Shown here piece by piece: positions 51,341 through 61,726 of a stretch of DNA of 64,000 bases. Both the position numbers and the translations under genes were made by a program. Numbering within the stretch: the first letter of the stretch is position 1; the number at the start of each line of letters is the position of its first letter. The notes beneath the pieces are model-generated. The model made no database searches, was not told the origin of the DNA, and saw nothing but the letters and a program-made list of their open reading frames with translations. The stretch lies in the IMG/VR virus record IMGVR_UViG_3300028883_000032, positions 124,001 to 188,000 of that record. One strand, given 5' to 3'.

Positions 51341-53473
51341 TTATAATGATGTGATTGCATCGTTAAGTGAACGAATATTATCAACAGTTGGTAGAGATGC
51401 AATTTGTTGTGATACATCCGATACTGCTTTGCTGACTTCTGTTTTCAAAGCTGTTAATTCTGCTACTTTTGCAGTTCGTAAAACAACGGCTTCGGCATCT
51501 TTTAGATTTCTTAGCGTATTACCAGAAACATTATCAACAAGCGTGTTTGTAACTATTTTAAACCCATTACTCCAAGGGCCCGCTACTCCAAGTTCGGATA
51601 TGGCTTGGACAAAAACGATATAAACTTGATCTATATTTACATCTATCCACTGTGTTGTAGAACTTGTTGTACTTTGAAGCTCGGTGCGGTAGATAATAAT
51701 TGTATCACCGGTCTGTATATCCGATACTGACATAACCAATTCTAAAGTAGTAGAATCAACCACACTGGCTACAATATTTTTTTGAATTAGAGTGCCCGAT
51801 CTATCAACTTGGACGTAATCCCCCACTCTGGCAATGGAACTAATTACAGTATCCACTACTAAATATTTTGTTGAAGCCGTAACCGAGCTAACAGTGATGG
51901 TGGTTCCTTCATGCTGAAGCACCTTCTTTTTTTGAGCCTTTTCTGTTGTAAAGTTATCAGTACGCAATACTGTACTGACCTCGTCATCTAAAAATGTAGC
52001 TGGCTCCTTTGTGCTTGGATCCACCTCTGTGGCTGAACCAACTAATTTACAAATTTTTACATTATAATATTCAATTTTCTCATTATCTATTAAAGTGGGT
52101 TGTCCCCAAGTAATTTTTACCCTGTATCGGGGTTTAGCGAGGTCGGGTTGTTCTTGTAAAAGTTCACTATTAGCAGTTATATCCGCAGCAAGTGCATCAA
52201 GGTCACTTCTTGCATTACTGGCTTCAGTTACTTTACTGTCCGCTTGTGTATCAACGTGAGTAATAATGTCCTCTATACTATCTTCGAGCATGTATAACCC
52301 ACAAGCCTCCGCAGTAGCCCAACCCGCATCCACAATAGTTTGTGCAAATCCAGAAATTGATAACTGGTCAGGCCCATATAAACTTGTCTGATCAGTCCAT
52401 AGCTGATAACCACTAACTGATCCAGTATTTGCTGATCTCCAAGCTAATTGGTAGTTTCTTAGTCTGCGTAATTGTGTATTAGCTGTTGTTGCTTTTGTAA
52501 GATCAAATTCTTTGATTCTATGAGACGTAACTTTGTCTTGTAGAGATCTGGTAATTGTATCATCTTGCTGGACTTGATACAAGTGTCCTGAAATAGAGCT
52601 TACTTGGTTTGGCTCAGAGGGTACCTTAGTAGTGGTTATCCATCTATCACCTTCTCCATCAGAATAGTTTAAAATACCATGATTCAAGCAAAGGTTAAGA
52701 GCTGAAGCGGAAGCTTCTACATCTGAAGGATTAAAAGTATCTGTGGAATGGCTGTGTCTGTTGTCGTGTGCAAAGACCAGTCCTGATAAAGAAATATCGT
52801 AATCCGAGTCTAGTTGTCCTGCAAATGTAACAGAGTGGGCTTCTAGGCTATCGTTAATAACCAGCCCATTCATGGTTAAAGTACCGGATACGGTAGTGTC
52901 TCTATCTGTTCTAACCACATCGTCTTCGTAATACAAGGCTTCGTTCCAACGCAATAGATTTGTATCGCGTAAATCAGTAGTAACATCCATGGTGGTGCCA
53001 CTTACTGTAAATTCAGCTAGGGCCAATCCAGATATTCCCGGATCAACAGTAGTAAAATCATAATAGTCTTCTGATCTAATCGGAGTACGAGCAGAGTCTT
53101 CTCCGTACTGTATGCCAGCCACTTTTTCCGTATATTCAGTATATATGGCTCTCGGCTTTATATATAAAGTATATGAGCCATTCGTAGTTAATGTGGCAGT
53201 TTTACCGGGAGCATAAACTGTGAGTTGGTGTCCTGAAGGTGTAATAGCCGATCCGGGGTTAATGAAAAGCTCATTATTCCCATCACCAACCTCTACCTTT
53301 AAAGCAGTCTCTGTGGCCGGAATAGAACCATTTCTATATTCTGCAACTACACCAAATTCCTTGAAAAGTTTTTGGTATAGTCTTTTAAACTCACTATGAA
53401 TATTATCTTGCAGATCAGAAATATTATCTGGCATGTTTTGTTTTGTACCGGTAGCTAAAATTATTCGGTCCAT
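51341..53473 (-). CDS. tail/baseplate-associated structural protein with a C-terminal FN3-like domain
   Basis: V.ITWG.P, YIVFVQAISELGVAGPWS. Confidence 0.6.
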   Translation of the reverse strand: MDRIILATGTKQNMPDNISDLQDNIHSEFKRLYQKLFKEFGVVAEYRNGSIPATETALKVEVGDGNNELFINPGSAITPSGHQLTVYAPGKTATLTTNGSYTLYIKPRAIYTEYTEKVAGIQYGEDSARTPIRSEDYYDFTTVDPGISGLALAEFTVSGTTMDVTTDLRDTNLLRWNEALYYEDDVVRTDRDTTVSGTLTMNGLVINDSLEAHSVTFAGQLDSDYDISLSGLVFAHDNRHSHSTDTFNPSDVEASASALNLCLNHGILNYSDGEGDRWITTTKVPSEPNQVSSISGHLYQVQQDDTITRSLQDKVTSHRIKEFDLTKATTANTQLRRLRNYQLAWRSANTGSVSGYQLWTDQTSLYGPDQLSISGFAQTIVDAGWATAEACGLYMLEDSIEDIITHVDTQADSKVTEASNARSDLDALAADITANSELLQEQPDLAKPRYRVKITWGQPTLIDNEKIEYYNVKICKLVGSATEVDPSTKEPATFLDDEVSTVLRTDNFTTEKAQKKKVLQHEGTTITVSSVTASTKYLVVDTVISSIARVGDYVQVDRSGTLIQKNIVASVVDSTTLELVMSVSDIQTGDTIIIYRTELQSTTSSTTQWIDVNIDQVYIVFVQAISELGVAGPWSNGFKIVTNTLVDNVSGNTLRNLKDAEAVVLRTAKVAELTALKTEVSKAVSDVSQQIASLPTVDNIRSLNDAITSL

Positions 53474-53476
53474 TTT

Positions 53477-54613
53477 TTATACCCCTACGGTTTTCATAAA
53501 TAAATGTTTTCCTACAAACCTATCTATTGATTCGTCGTATAAAGTCGAATCATATCCAAACACCCCAGATATGGAAGTGGGTTCTGTAAATACTACGGTG
53601 TTTAATGTGTTCACTCCATATCCGTCGTCGTTTTCGATTATTAATCCACTATTACTAGTGTAATCATGAAGTTGCCAATTGTCAACAATTACTTCATATT
53701 GTTCTATTGTCCCTGAAGAACAGGCCTCCAGTACCCCATTTCCCGATTCAAAATACATAGTTTGGGAGCCGATGGTAATTTGGTCATGTGGCGTACCGGA
53801 CAACTTTGTAAGAGTACCAGAATTATAAGAGAAAGGGTAACCCTTTGCAATACCAATAGCATTTCTCACTGCCTTTAATGTTGGTTTTTGCTTTGACCAG
53901 TAATGTAAAGCCTTTATGATTTCTAGATAATGGTTGGCTCTATCCACATAACCATCGTAACCAGAAGTTGTTGTCCAAGTGTCATAGTTGGCATCTTTAA
54001 ACATTTTTGTTGTCATGCCAACTCTAGCTCCCCACAAGGAAAATAGTACAGGGTTTATTGATTCGGTTTTCCCTATATAGATCTGAGTTCTGTATAGGTT
54101 GGGGTAATCCAAACTTAAAGTAAATGGGTTGGTTGAATTTAAAAATAAAAGCGTATTTAAGTCGTGTATTATGTAATCTACACCTTCCATTAAATCTTCT
54201 TCAACCCATTCATTACTTGCATCTTGCCAATATATATTTTTAACGTCAGTAACTCTTAATATATAAGCATTTAGCGGGAACCCGATAAATCCAGAGCCAT
54301 CTGTAGCGGTGTATCCCGATACAGAAGAGTCATCAACCGTGTTGCAGTTTATCAAACTTCCATACATATCGTCGTCTGTGGTGGCATAGATAACATCATA
54401 AAAGTCGTGCCTTGAATCCCATACAGCTTCTATGTCATTAATAAACATACTATTATGAACTTGATCTAAATTACGACTTAATTCTGTTAAAACAGATTTA
54501 TAACCATCCCACACGGCTTCAATGGCGGCTTTATCGGTAACACTAAAATTACCAAATACCGTTCTGACATTGTTCCAAAGTTCCGAAACATTACTAAATG
54601 GGAAAGAAATCAT
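53477..54613 (-). CDS. putative baseplate wedge protein
   Basis: Position after the gpJ-like genes; LWG..VG, KPT...R.AIG..GYPF pattern. Confidence 0.5.
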   Translation of the reverse strand: MISFPFSNVSELWNNVRTVFGNFSVTDKAAIEAVWDGYKSVLTELSRNLDQVHNSMFINDIEAVWDSRHDFYDVIYATTDDDMYGSLINCNTVDDSSVSGYTATDGSGFIGFPLNAYILRVTDVKNIYWQDASNEWVEEDLMEGVDYIIHDLNTLLFLNSTNPFTLSLDYPNLYRTQIYIGKTESINPVLFSLWGARVGMTTKMFKDANYDTWTTTSGYDGYVDRANHYLEIIKALHYWSKQKPTLKAVRNAIGIAKGYPFSYNSGTLTKLSGTPHDQITIGSQTMYFESGNGVLEACSSGTIEQYEVIVDNWQLHDYTSNSGLIIENDDGYGVNTLNTVVFTEPTSISGVFGYDSTLYDESIDRFVGKHLFMKTVGV

Positions 54614-54615
54614 AA

Positions 54616-56457
54616 TTATCCTACTTTGGTTACACCATATAATTCAGTGGTGTCTGTAAAGAAAGCTTGAAGCCCGCTTAAGCTCACTGTATCAGTAAAA
54701 GCATTGTCCTCTAATAACAAAGTGCCAGTATAGTCATAGGCAGTATATTGTAAATCCAAACTTGTCAGATTTACGTAATCTACCCCATTATTATACAGGT
54801 GGTTAATTAAATCTGAGACTTCAATTGTGTCTTCTTTTGCATTTACCCAATTTTTTATTGCCGTCTTAACTGCCTCCTCGGAAGCAGTGCCCCTATATTC
54901 CAAAGAATTGGCTGTAATAATCAGCGGAGGTCTTATTTTTAATAAGGTGTTAAGGCCGGGGTTACGGTGAGCCCTGTCAGTCAAGAAACTCTGAACTTCC
55001 GTTCCTTGGTCATAATACCTGTAAAGTACTCTAGCGGTCATTGGAGTCCAAGCATCACTAAAGTTTATTTGAAGTGAGGCTTGGGAGCTAAACGCATATT
55101 TCGAATCAGACACACTTACGGTATAATCTGTGCCCCGTGTTAACTCGGCCCCAGTGGCGGCGGAACTAACTGAGATAATGTCCATAACTGGTAATGAAAA
55201 GCCGTTAGCCGAACTAACATTAACTGTACCAGAAGAATTTGGTACATCTATTGTAGCTTGTAATATCCTACTGGGGGCATTAACATATATATCGGACATT
55301 CCACCAATGTGTATTCCGTCCGTTTGTACATTGTCAATTTCAACATAATGGGTGTTAATTGTGCTTGAAGAGGTTGCTTCGGTAGGAACAGCAACCAAAG
55401 TAACATAGTTGTCACCATCAATGTATTCAGTTAGCTCATCGTAAGATGCTGTTATTTCTTGTTGTGAAGATGGGGAAGAAGAGGAAGCGGTATTCGATCC
55501 AACTAATTCCCAATTTCCGTCGGTGTTGTTCCATATAAATAGTTTTGCTCCCGTCCCGGACGTAACCCCATTATCGTAGGTTCCCCATCCGCGCCAATAT
55601 ACATGAAAAGGATCCCCAGCCGTAAACTTCGACGGGTCTGCATCTAGTTTCATTAAGGAAGACGGGTAGTCATTACCTAGTGAAGCCACCACTAAATCAT
55701 TATAATACCAACGACTATTTTTAGTACCTAAAACAGATATTCCAAAGTTTTCTCCTGACGCATTGGGGGAGTACAATGGGTCTGATGAGCTCTTCTTCAA
55801 TACATACCCATATTGATTATCGGGCGATCCCGTAACAGAATCTGCATCATAAGGAAGATCTACAGCTTGTGAGTAATTGGCACTATCGTCAAGTATCCAT
55901 ACCGTTACCTGGTAATTGGTGGTAATTTCTATAATAAATTTATACCAAGTGTTTATTTCTATTATTCTGCGGCCAAATGTTAAATTATTATCACCGCCAA
56001 TATAATTATTGATTCCGCCGTCCGCTAAAATTAAGTTTTCGCTGTTAATGAAAGTATCTGTACTTAAAAAACTATTATCCACAATAGCTAAGTTGTAATT
56101 TAACACGGCAGCTCCCTCTTGACTAGTGGAGCCATTAATGGTAATATCTTCAGACGTATCTACTGCATCATACGAACTTGTCCCGAAAGTACTTTTTCTC
56201 CAAGCAAGTCCAAGCCCTTCTGGTCCAAAAACTTCTGAACTTTGTCTTCCGACCGTAATATAACTCATTACTCCGTTATCTGTACTATCATCCGTGTAAA
56301 ATCTTCCACGTATTTGGATGTTACTCTTTCTTGCGATTGCTCGGTGAAATACAGGATAGTAATTTCCGGCGTTGTCGATATTAATAGTCTGTTGTATAGA
56401 CGATAATAGAGTAGTAACGCTTCGACTATCTGAAGCTGACATAATTGTAGAAGGCAT
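54616..56457 (-). CDS. baseplate protein carrying the gpJ-like C-terminal part
   Basis: HIGGMSDIYV, AVKTAIKNWVN, IEVSDLI..LY..GVDYV. Confidence 0.6.
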   Translation of the reverse strand: MPSTIMSASDSRSVTTLLSSIQQTINIDNAGNYYPVFHRAIARKSNIQIRGRFYTDDSTDNGVMSYITVGRQSSEVFGPEGLGLAWRKSTFGTSSYDAVDTSEDITINGSTSQEGAAVLNYNLAIVDNSFLSTDTFINSENLILADGGINNYIGGDNNLTFGRRIIEINTWYKFIIEITTNYQVTVWILDDSANYSQAVDLPYDADSVTGSPDNQYGYVLKKSSSDPLYSPNASGENFGISVLGTKNSRWYYNDLVVASLGNDYPSSLMKLDADPSKFTAGDPFHVYWRGWGTYDNGVTSGTGAKLFIWNNTDGNWELVGSNTASSSSPSSQQEITASYDELTEYIDGDNYVTLVAVPTEATSSSTINTHYVEIDNVQTDGIHIGGMSDIYVNAPSRILQATIDVPNSSGTVNVSSANGFSLPVMDIISVSSAATGAELTRGTDYTVSVSDSKYAFSSQASLQINFSDAWTPMTARVLYRYYDQGTEVQSFLTDRAHRNPGLNTLLKIRPPLIITANSLEYRGTASEEAVKTAIKNWVNAKEDTIEVSDLINHLYNNGVDYVNLTSLDLQYTAYDYTGTLLLEDNAFTDTVSLSGLQAFFTDTTELYGVTKVG

Positions 56458-56468
56458 ATTTAATATCC

Positions 56469-57725
56469 TTAAGTTACAGTAGAATTTACTGGTGGCAGAC
56501 CAGCTATTTGGGTAACCATACTCATAATTTGATTAGCGTCTCCTAAAGTAATTATGATTGGCTCGTCCGCTTTAATTATAGCTCCTGTGGAACTTCGCAC
56601 CTGCCTACCTAGGCGAACTTCTCCGTCCAATACCTCAATTTCATTTGGGTGCTTTAGTTCACCGGAATCGGTGTTACTATCACTGTAGCTCCAAATGACA
56701 CTGGTAGATGCTCCTGCAAAACTTTCATTTAACAAGTGCTCGATTCCGACTGTTTGGTAATAGGCATCATTGTTTTTCCAAACGGATCTATACCACGCAT
56801 CACTCCATTCAATACTCCAGCTTGAAGGATCAGGTAAATCCGTAGCGACTAAACCGCTTCCAGTTGGAACTAAAATACTCAATAAACTCCAATAGCCTAT
56901 GCTTCTATTTGCTGGCGGATCTATATACCCAGAAACAGCACCAAAAAAATCAGAAGTAGAAAAAGTTGTTGGTAGCATGTTTAGATTTTCAGAACTACCC
57001 GATACAGTATATGCAACATCTCTTGTCATTTCTTCATCTCCGACCCCCTTCACCACAACATCAGTTAGGGTTGGAAAATTTCGCATTAAAGATGCACGTA
57101 TACCATCTGATGAGGAGATGCTCTCGTTTATACCTGTTGTTAAAATTTTAGATTTAAGCTGGGTATTTGTATCTCTTGTGGTCCCTCCGGTTATACTAAC
57201 TGGATTATCAACCAGAATATAACCAGTTTTTAACCCCTTTACAATTTTTATTGTGCCCGGGTTAGTTTCTCCCGAAGAACCATAAGATTCAGCTGTAATT
57301 GGAATAGATCCAGTAGAATATAAAGGATATCTTTCAATATTCTGACGCATCTGTTCTTCAGTTATACTGAAGGTTCTAGTGGGATGATACTTCTTACCAT
57401 CTTCAGTTTCAAATGTTATATCTGTAGTGAATATTTCGGTTCGCGGAGATTGGTAGTATACATACACGTTACCGGTGGCCTTGCTCCCAACCGTACGATC
57501 AACGTAAAAGTTAGCGGAAAATTTATCCATGGCAGATTCAGATATCGCATTTTCATCTTCCATGGTCATCTCACGCATTTTTTGCTCGTGATCTTCTTCA
57601 TATGGTGCCAGTATTGTGCTTAATGGACTGACTTGAAGATCTATCAGAGGGGATGACTCGGTAACACTTATAGTGCTATCGTGTTCTTTTAGCTTCTTTT
57701 TTACATACTGTACTATATTGTTCAT
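56469..57725 (-). CDS. baseplate gpJ-like protein, N-terminal part
   Basis: FYVDR..GSKATG.V, I.AESYGSSG, VDNP..ITGG..RDTN.QL. Confidence 0.7.
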   Translation of the reverse strand: MNNIVQYVKKKLKEHDSTISVTESSPLIDLQVSPLSTILAPYEEDHEQKMREMTMEDENAISESAMDKFSANFYVDRTVGSKATGNVYVYYQSPRTEIFTTDITFETEDGKKYHPTRTFSITEEQMRQNIERYPLYSTGSIPITAESYGSSGETNPGTIKIVKGLKTGYILVDNPVSITGGTTRDTNTQLKSKILTTGINESISSSDGIRASLMRNFPTLTDVVVKGVGDEEMTRDVAYTVSGSSENLNMLPTTFSTSDFFGAVSGYIDPPANRSIGYWSLLSILVPTGSGLVATDLPDPSSWSIEWSDAWYRSVWKNNDAYYQTVGIEHLLNESFAGASTSVIWSYSDSNTDSGELKHPNEIEVLDGEVRLGRQVRSSTGAIIKADEPIIITLGDANQIMSMVTQIAGLPPVNSTVT

Positions 57726-58141
57726 AGCTTAATAACCTCAACCTTATTTGCCTCTGTTAAGACAGCTAAAATAACTTCCCAAGCTAAATTATTAGGATCG
57801 TGTCTAATGTTCACTATTTCAATTCTTCTTAATTTTTCTTCGGGATCTATGTTTTGAGTTTTTTGTTCACGCAATATTTGCTCTTCAACTTCGTCTATTG
57901 CTAAAGCTATTTCCACACGAAATATCTCTTCTTGGTCCGGCGTGTACGCTAAACCAACCATATCGCCAACCCTATTGCCGGTGGAAGGGAAATCTTTATT
58001 AGAGCCTTTAGCACTTAATAGGTTTAGATACAATTTTTGTAATAAACTTATTTTATTATTTGACCTTTTTTGACCCTTTTGGTAGTCAAGGGTTACCTTT
58101 TTAGTAACCGGGTCAATGCTGATAATGTCAATATCTTTCAT
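57722..58141 (-). CDS. gp25/gpW-like baseplate wedge protein
   Basis: LL..KGS..DFP..G, EEKL.RIEI pattern; directly upstream of the gpJ-like gene. Confidence 0.6.
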   Translation of the reverse strand: MKDIDIISIDPVTKKVTLDYQKGQKRSNNKISLLQKLYLNLLSAKGSNKDFPSTGNRVGDMVGLAYTPDQEEIFRVEIALAIDEVEEQILREQKTQNIDPEEKLRRIEIVNIRHDPNNLAWEVILAVLTEANKVEVIKL

Positions 58142-58144
58142 TAT

Positions 58145-60106
58145 TTACGCCAATTCCGGTGTGTTTGCTAACCAAGGTGATACAGAATCCTCATTACTAT
58201 CTTCAGAAAATTCAAAACCGGCATTTGGGTCTTCATCTGAAGTAAAAGACTCATTAATAGCAGTAGCCCTGTTTGATGCCAACTCATCTTGTTGTGCTAG
58301 CGCAACATTTTCTACTTCTGGAGTATGGTCTGCCATTTGCGATGCCGCTGCCTGACTTTTATTTCTAGAAGATAAATAGCATGTCGCATCAGCGGCAGCT
58401 TCCCCTATACTAACAATTTGGCCAGCTAGAGACATAGAAGCGGACATTACATTTACAGCGGTTCCAATAGCATTTCCCAAATCTCCGCTTGAAATAAATT
58501 TACCAACAGAACCTCCCATGCTTTCTAAAAATGCAATTGCTTCTCGTATTAGGGGGCTGTTTTCATCGAACTTATTCAAATAACTTAAAGTAACCTTATC
58601 TTGATTAATTCCGGCTTCTATAACCCTTCTTAAATCTGACATCCTAACGACAGCATTTATTAGGGCTTGTTTTCCCAGCCCTTCTGTCACATTACCTTTT
58701 ACATTTGATACTACTGTGGATATTAAGTCTATTATTGAACTTAAAAACATTGCTTTAAGAACATGATAATTATTATCAAAATCGTTTTGCGACTGCAAAT
58801 ACTTAATTATTTCTTTAAATTGCGCAGCTTGCTCTTGCACCGCAGCAAGATCGGCTGCCGCTGCACCGATAAACCCACCACTTTGTCCTGTTTGCCATAT
58901 AGCTTCTAAAGCAATAGTCCACCCTGGAATAGCTAAAGCAGCCTCTGTCTTTTTAGGGGGTACAGATTCTGTTTTATCTTCCATCTCTTCTCTAACGTCT
59001 TTTACTGTTCCTCTTTCTCTAATAATGAAGTTAAGTAACAAATTCATTGTTGTGCTTAATCCACTAATTGTGGCATCAAGGTTTTTCATAGAGTTTAATG
59101 TTAAGTTAACAGCTACGCCTTGGGCTTCCAAACTTGGCTCGCGGGTTTCTACTGTAATTTCGTTTAATTTATATTCTCCAGTATCCGTGATTGTCCAACT
59201 TTTGCCACCGCTTGCAAATTGCCATGTACCATCAGAAAAAAACGACTGAACTGACATATCAGGATTTGATGGTCTGTCAACAGTTAGTTTCAATAGGTTA
59301 ATAACGTCTGGAGTGGGAGTAACGCGATATGTTGCTCCTAAAGCTGCCAATCCCATCAATTTTACTGTGTCATTTAGTCTCCTAATATATTGTTTATAGT
59401 GCTCGTCTAGGAATTTTTTAGTATATGCCCAGTTTGTTTTTATATTTGGGTCTCCCTCGTCGTTATCTGTAAATTCATTAAAACCGCTCTTTAGAGTTCC
59501 TTGTATGGTATCTCCGCCCGTTTGTGTGCGTGCCCTACCTGTCCCGCCATTAAGAAAGTCAATGGCTGAACTTACATTATCCATTGCGCTACTGTGCAAA
59601 CTCGAAGCAAAAATACCGGTTGTGCGAGCTCTCTCGTATACGGCCGAAATTGTTTTTTCTGCCGATTTAAGTTTTCTCTCAGCAGCTCTTACGCGATCAA
59701 TAATGTTGGTTGCCCCATCAAAGGTTCCAAGATAGGCTAATTCACTTAATGCCCCTATTAGTGCATTCACCATTACAATTGCATCTTCCGCCGTGCTAAT
59801 TCTTTGTTGTACCTGTTGCTTCGCAACTCGGTTAGCTAGTGCAAATAATGCTAATTTCATTTGTGGTAACAAAGTCATGGCCATAGCAAACATTGCAACC
59901 CCTCCGGATATTATTTGGCCTAATCCGGTTTCTGTTAAAACTGTTTGTATAGCTTGAGATAGTAAAGTAGATGCAGCACTAGAAAGTAGACCCAACAGAG
60001 CTTCAACTCCTAACCACCCATTATCAGCAGCATTCGCTAAAAGGGAAGCTTCTCTATCACTCATGTACTCTGCATATCTCTGATTTAATCTGTCTTGGCA
60101 GGACAT
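58145..60106 (-). CDS. Ala-rich alpha-helical virion-module protein (653 aa)
   Basis: ORF track; helical composition; function not assignable. Confidence 0.6.
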   Translation of the reverse strand: MSCQDRLNQRYAEYMSDREASLLANAADNGWLGVEALLGLLSSAASTLLSQAIQTVLTETGLGQIISGGVAMFAMAMTLLPQMKLALFALANRVAKQQVQQRISTAEDAIVMVNALIGALSELAYLGTFDGATNIIDRVRAAERKLKSAEKTISAVYERARTTGIFASSLHSSAMDNVSSAIDFLNGGTGRARTQTGGDTIQGTLKSGFNEFTDNDEGDPNIKTNWAYTKKFLDEHYKQYIRRLNDTVKLMGLAALGATYRVTPTPDVINLLKLTVDRPSNPDMSVQSFFSDGTWQFASGGKSWTITDTGEYKLNEITVETREPSLEAQGVAVNLTLNSMKNLDATISGLSTTMNLLLNFIIRERGTVKDVREEMEDKTESVPPKKTEAALAIPGWTIALEAIWQTGQSGGFIGAAAADLAAVQEQAAQFKEIIKYLQSQNDFDNNYHVLKAMFLSSIIDLISTVVSNVKGNVTEGLGKQALINAVVRMSDLRRVIEAGINQDKVTLSYLNKFDENSPLIREAIAFLESMGGSVGKFISSGDLGNAIGTAVNVMSASMSLAGQIVSIGEAAADATCYLSSRNKSQAAASQMADHTPEVENVALAQQDELASNRATAINESFTSDEDPNAGFEFSEDSNEDSVSPWLANTPELA

Positions 60107-60879
60107 TAAAAGTATTCCATATGGTTTTCTACATCAACAGCTATTTGACTTCGTATTTTTCGTACTTGCGATTCAGGCATGTTCAGTCTGTCTGCTATTT
60201 CAGCGGTCGTCAATTGTGGATTACCTCCCCAACCAAAGGTATACTCCATTATTTTCTTTGTTTTATTGGGGGCCGTGTGATAAATAAGTCTAGCTATTTC
60301 CAGAGCTTTATTTTTAGAATGAAATCCTGCATCAAAGAAAGAACTGGTATCTTCTTTTCCGGTTCCTATGCTCAAATCTTGCCTTAATTCGGCATTCATT
60401 CTTTCGACTTCTTTCGGGGACCAAGCCAAGGCGTCAGCTATTTCGTAAGTTGTTGGAGGCCTGTTTAACTCATCTTCTAGATTTGATTTAATGTTCTGAA
60501 ATCTAGAAATTGCAATCCCACGATGTTCAGGTATTTTTCCGACATTTTGATATTGCAAAACGTATCTTTGAAGATGCTTTAAGTGATTAGTTACGTGTGT
60601 ATTTAAAGCTGCACCTTTATTAGGATCGTAGGTATCAAAACTTTTTACTGTAAGTCTTCTCGCCTCTGATTCTAATGCAGGTCTTGGTAATGGCGCACCA
60701 GTAAATTTATTTACATTACTTTGTATAACAGGATCGAGGCTTTTTAATAGATAAGGCACAACGGCTTTATCACCCATATGATACTGCTTCCAGAGATCAA
60801 CTTCGCGTTCTTTGAGCTGGGATCTAGACAGATCCACCGGTATTTGAAAGCTCTTCATAAATTCTATTTCCTTCATCAA
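60106..60879 (-). CDS. sigma70-family RNA polymerase sigma factor
   Basis: Region 2 (KSFDTYDPNKGAALNTHV), region 3 (LNRPPTTYEIADAL), region 4 HTH (LTTAEIADRLNMPESQVRKI). Confidence 0.85.
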   Translation of the reverse strand: MMKEIEFMKSFQIPVDLSRSQLKEREVDLWKQYHMGDKAVVPYLLKSLDPVIQSNVNKFTGAPLPRPALESEARRLTVKSFDTYDPNKGAALNTHVTNHLKHLQRYVLQYQNVGKIPEHRGIAISRFQNIKSNLEDELNRPPTTYEIADALAWSPKEVERMNAELRQDLSIGTGKEDTSSFFDAGFHSKNKALEIARLIYHTAPNKTKKIMEYTFGWGGNPQLTTAEIADRLNMPESQVRKIRSQIAVDVENHMEYF

Positions 60880-61726
60880 TGGCCGCAGTTATATCTTCAA
60901 GATATGCTGCTTGTAGGTCTTCATTTTCAAAAATAGTTTCTCCGCCGCTTGTAAACGTGGAGGAAACGACCTGTCTCCAATTAGATGTCAGTTCTGCTGA
61001 CTGTTTTTCTAAATATGTAATCTGCGCATCATACCCTATTATACTATGTATCAATTGGTTTATTAATTGCGCATCCTGTTGTCCTTTACTTTTCTCTTCT
61101 TGCAGCCTATCGTCTTCCTCCGCCCTAGCTTTAATAATATCAGGAAGTAACAAATCCTTTGAGACATCAATACCAAATTGGTACATCATGTATAATTTTT
61201 CATTATGCAGTACTTTATGTTTTGTAACAATCATTTGCATATTGAAAGACGATGTGTGAGGAGAAGCAGCAACCTTGTTAATACTAAAATTAGTTGGGTA
61301 GAAATAAATTAAGTTCTCCCCTACTACTAATATAGCAATTTTTTTCTTTCTTGCAAGTTGTGTTCCACGTAAATGTTTATCCCAAAACTCTCTCCACATG
61401 GATTCCCACCTATATTTATTATGCGGTTTAGCTTCAAGAAGTGTTCCCGACAACCCATAAACTTTTGTTTTCTCATCAAAGAAAGATAATACAGATGTGC
61501 CACTAAATGTTTCCATAACTTGAACCTTCTCTATATGCGTTTCTTGAAATTGCTGCAAAATAAAATGGTCAGTTAGGAGGATTTCAGTAGATGGCATGTC
61601 CTCTGTTACAAAAGCAGGATTTGGTACTACCAGTATCATAGCTGGTTTTTTTATCAAAGATATATTGGATAATGAAGGTTTGGAATCCCACCCATCTTGA
61701 ATTGAACTTAATGGTAGGTTAGACAT
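60824..61726 (-). CDS. tail tube-initiator/baseplate-like protein
   Basis: ET..EKVQV.ETF....SFF.EK.KVY.LSG.LL pattern; context. Confidence 0.5.
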   Translation of the reverse strand: MSNLPLSSIQDGWDSKPSLSNISLIKKPAMILVVPNPAFVTEDMPSTEILLTDHFILQQFQETHIEKVQVMETFSGTSVLSFFDEKTKVYGLSGTLLEAKPHNKYRWESMWREFWDKHLRGTQLARKKKIAILVVGENLIYFYPTNFSINKVAASPHTSSFNMQMIVTKHKVLHNEKLYMMYQFGIDVSKDLLLPDIIKARAEEDDRLQEEKSKGQQDAQLINQLIHSIIGYDAQITYLEKQSAELTSNWRQVVSSTFTSGGETIFENEDLQAAYLEDITAAIDEGNRIYEELSNTGGSV

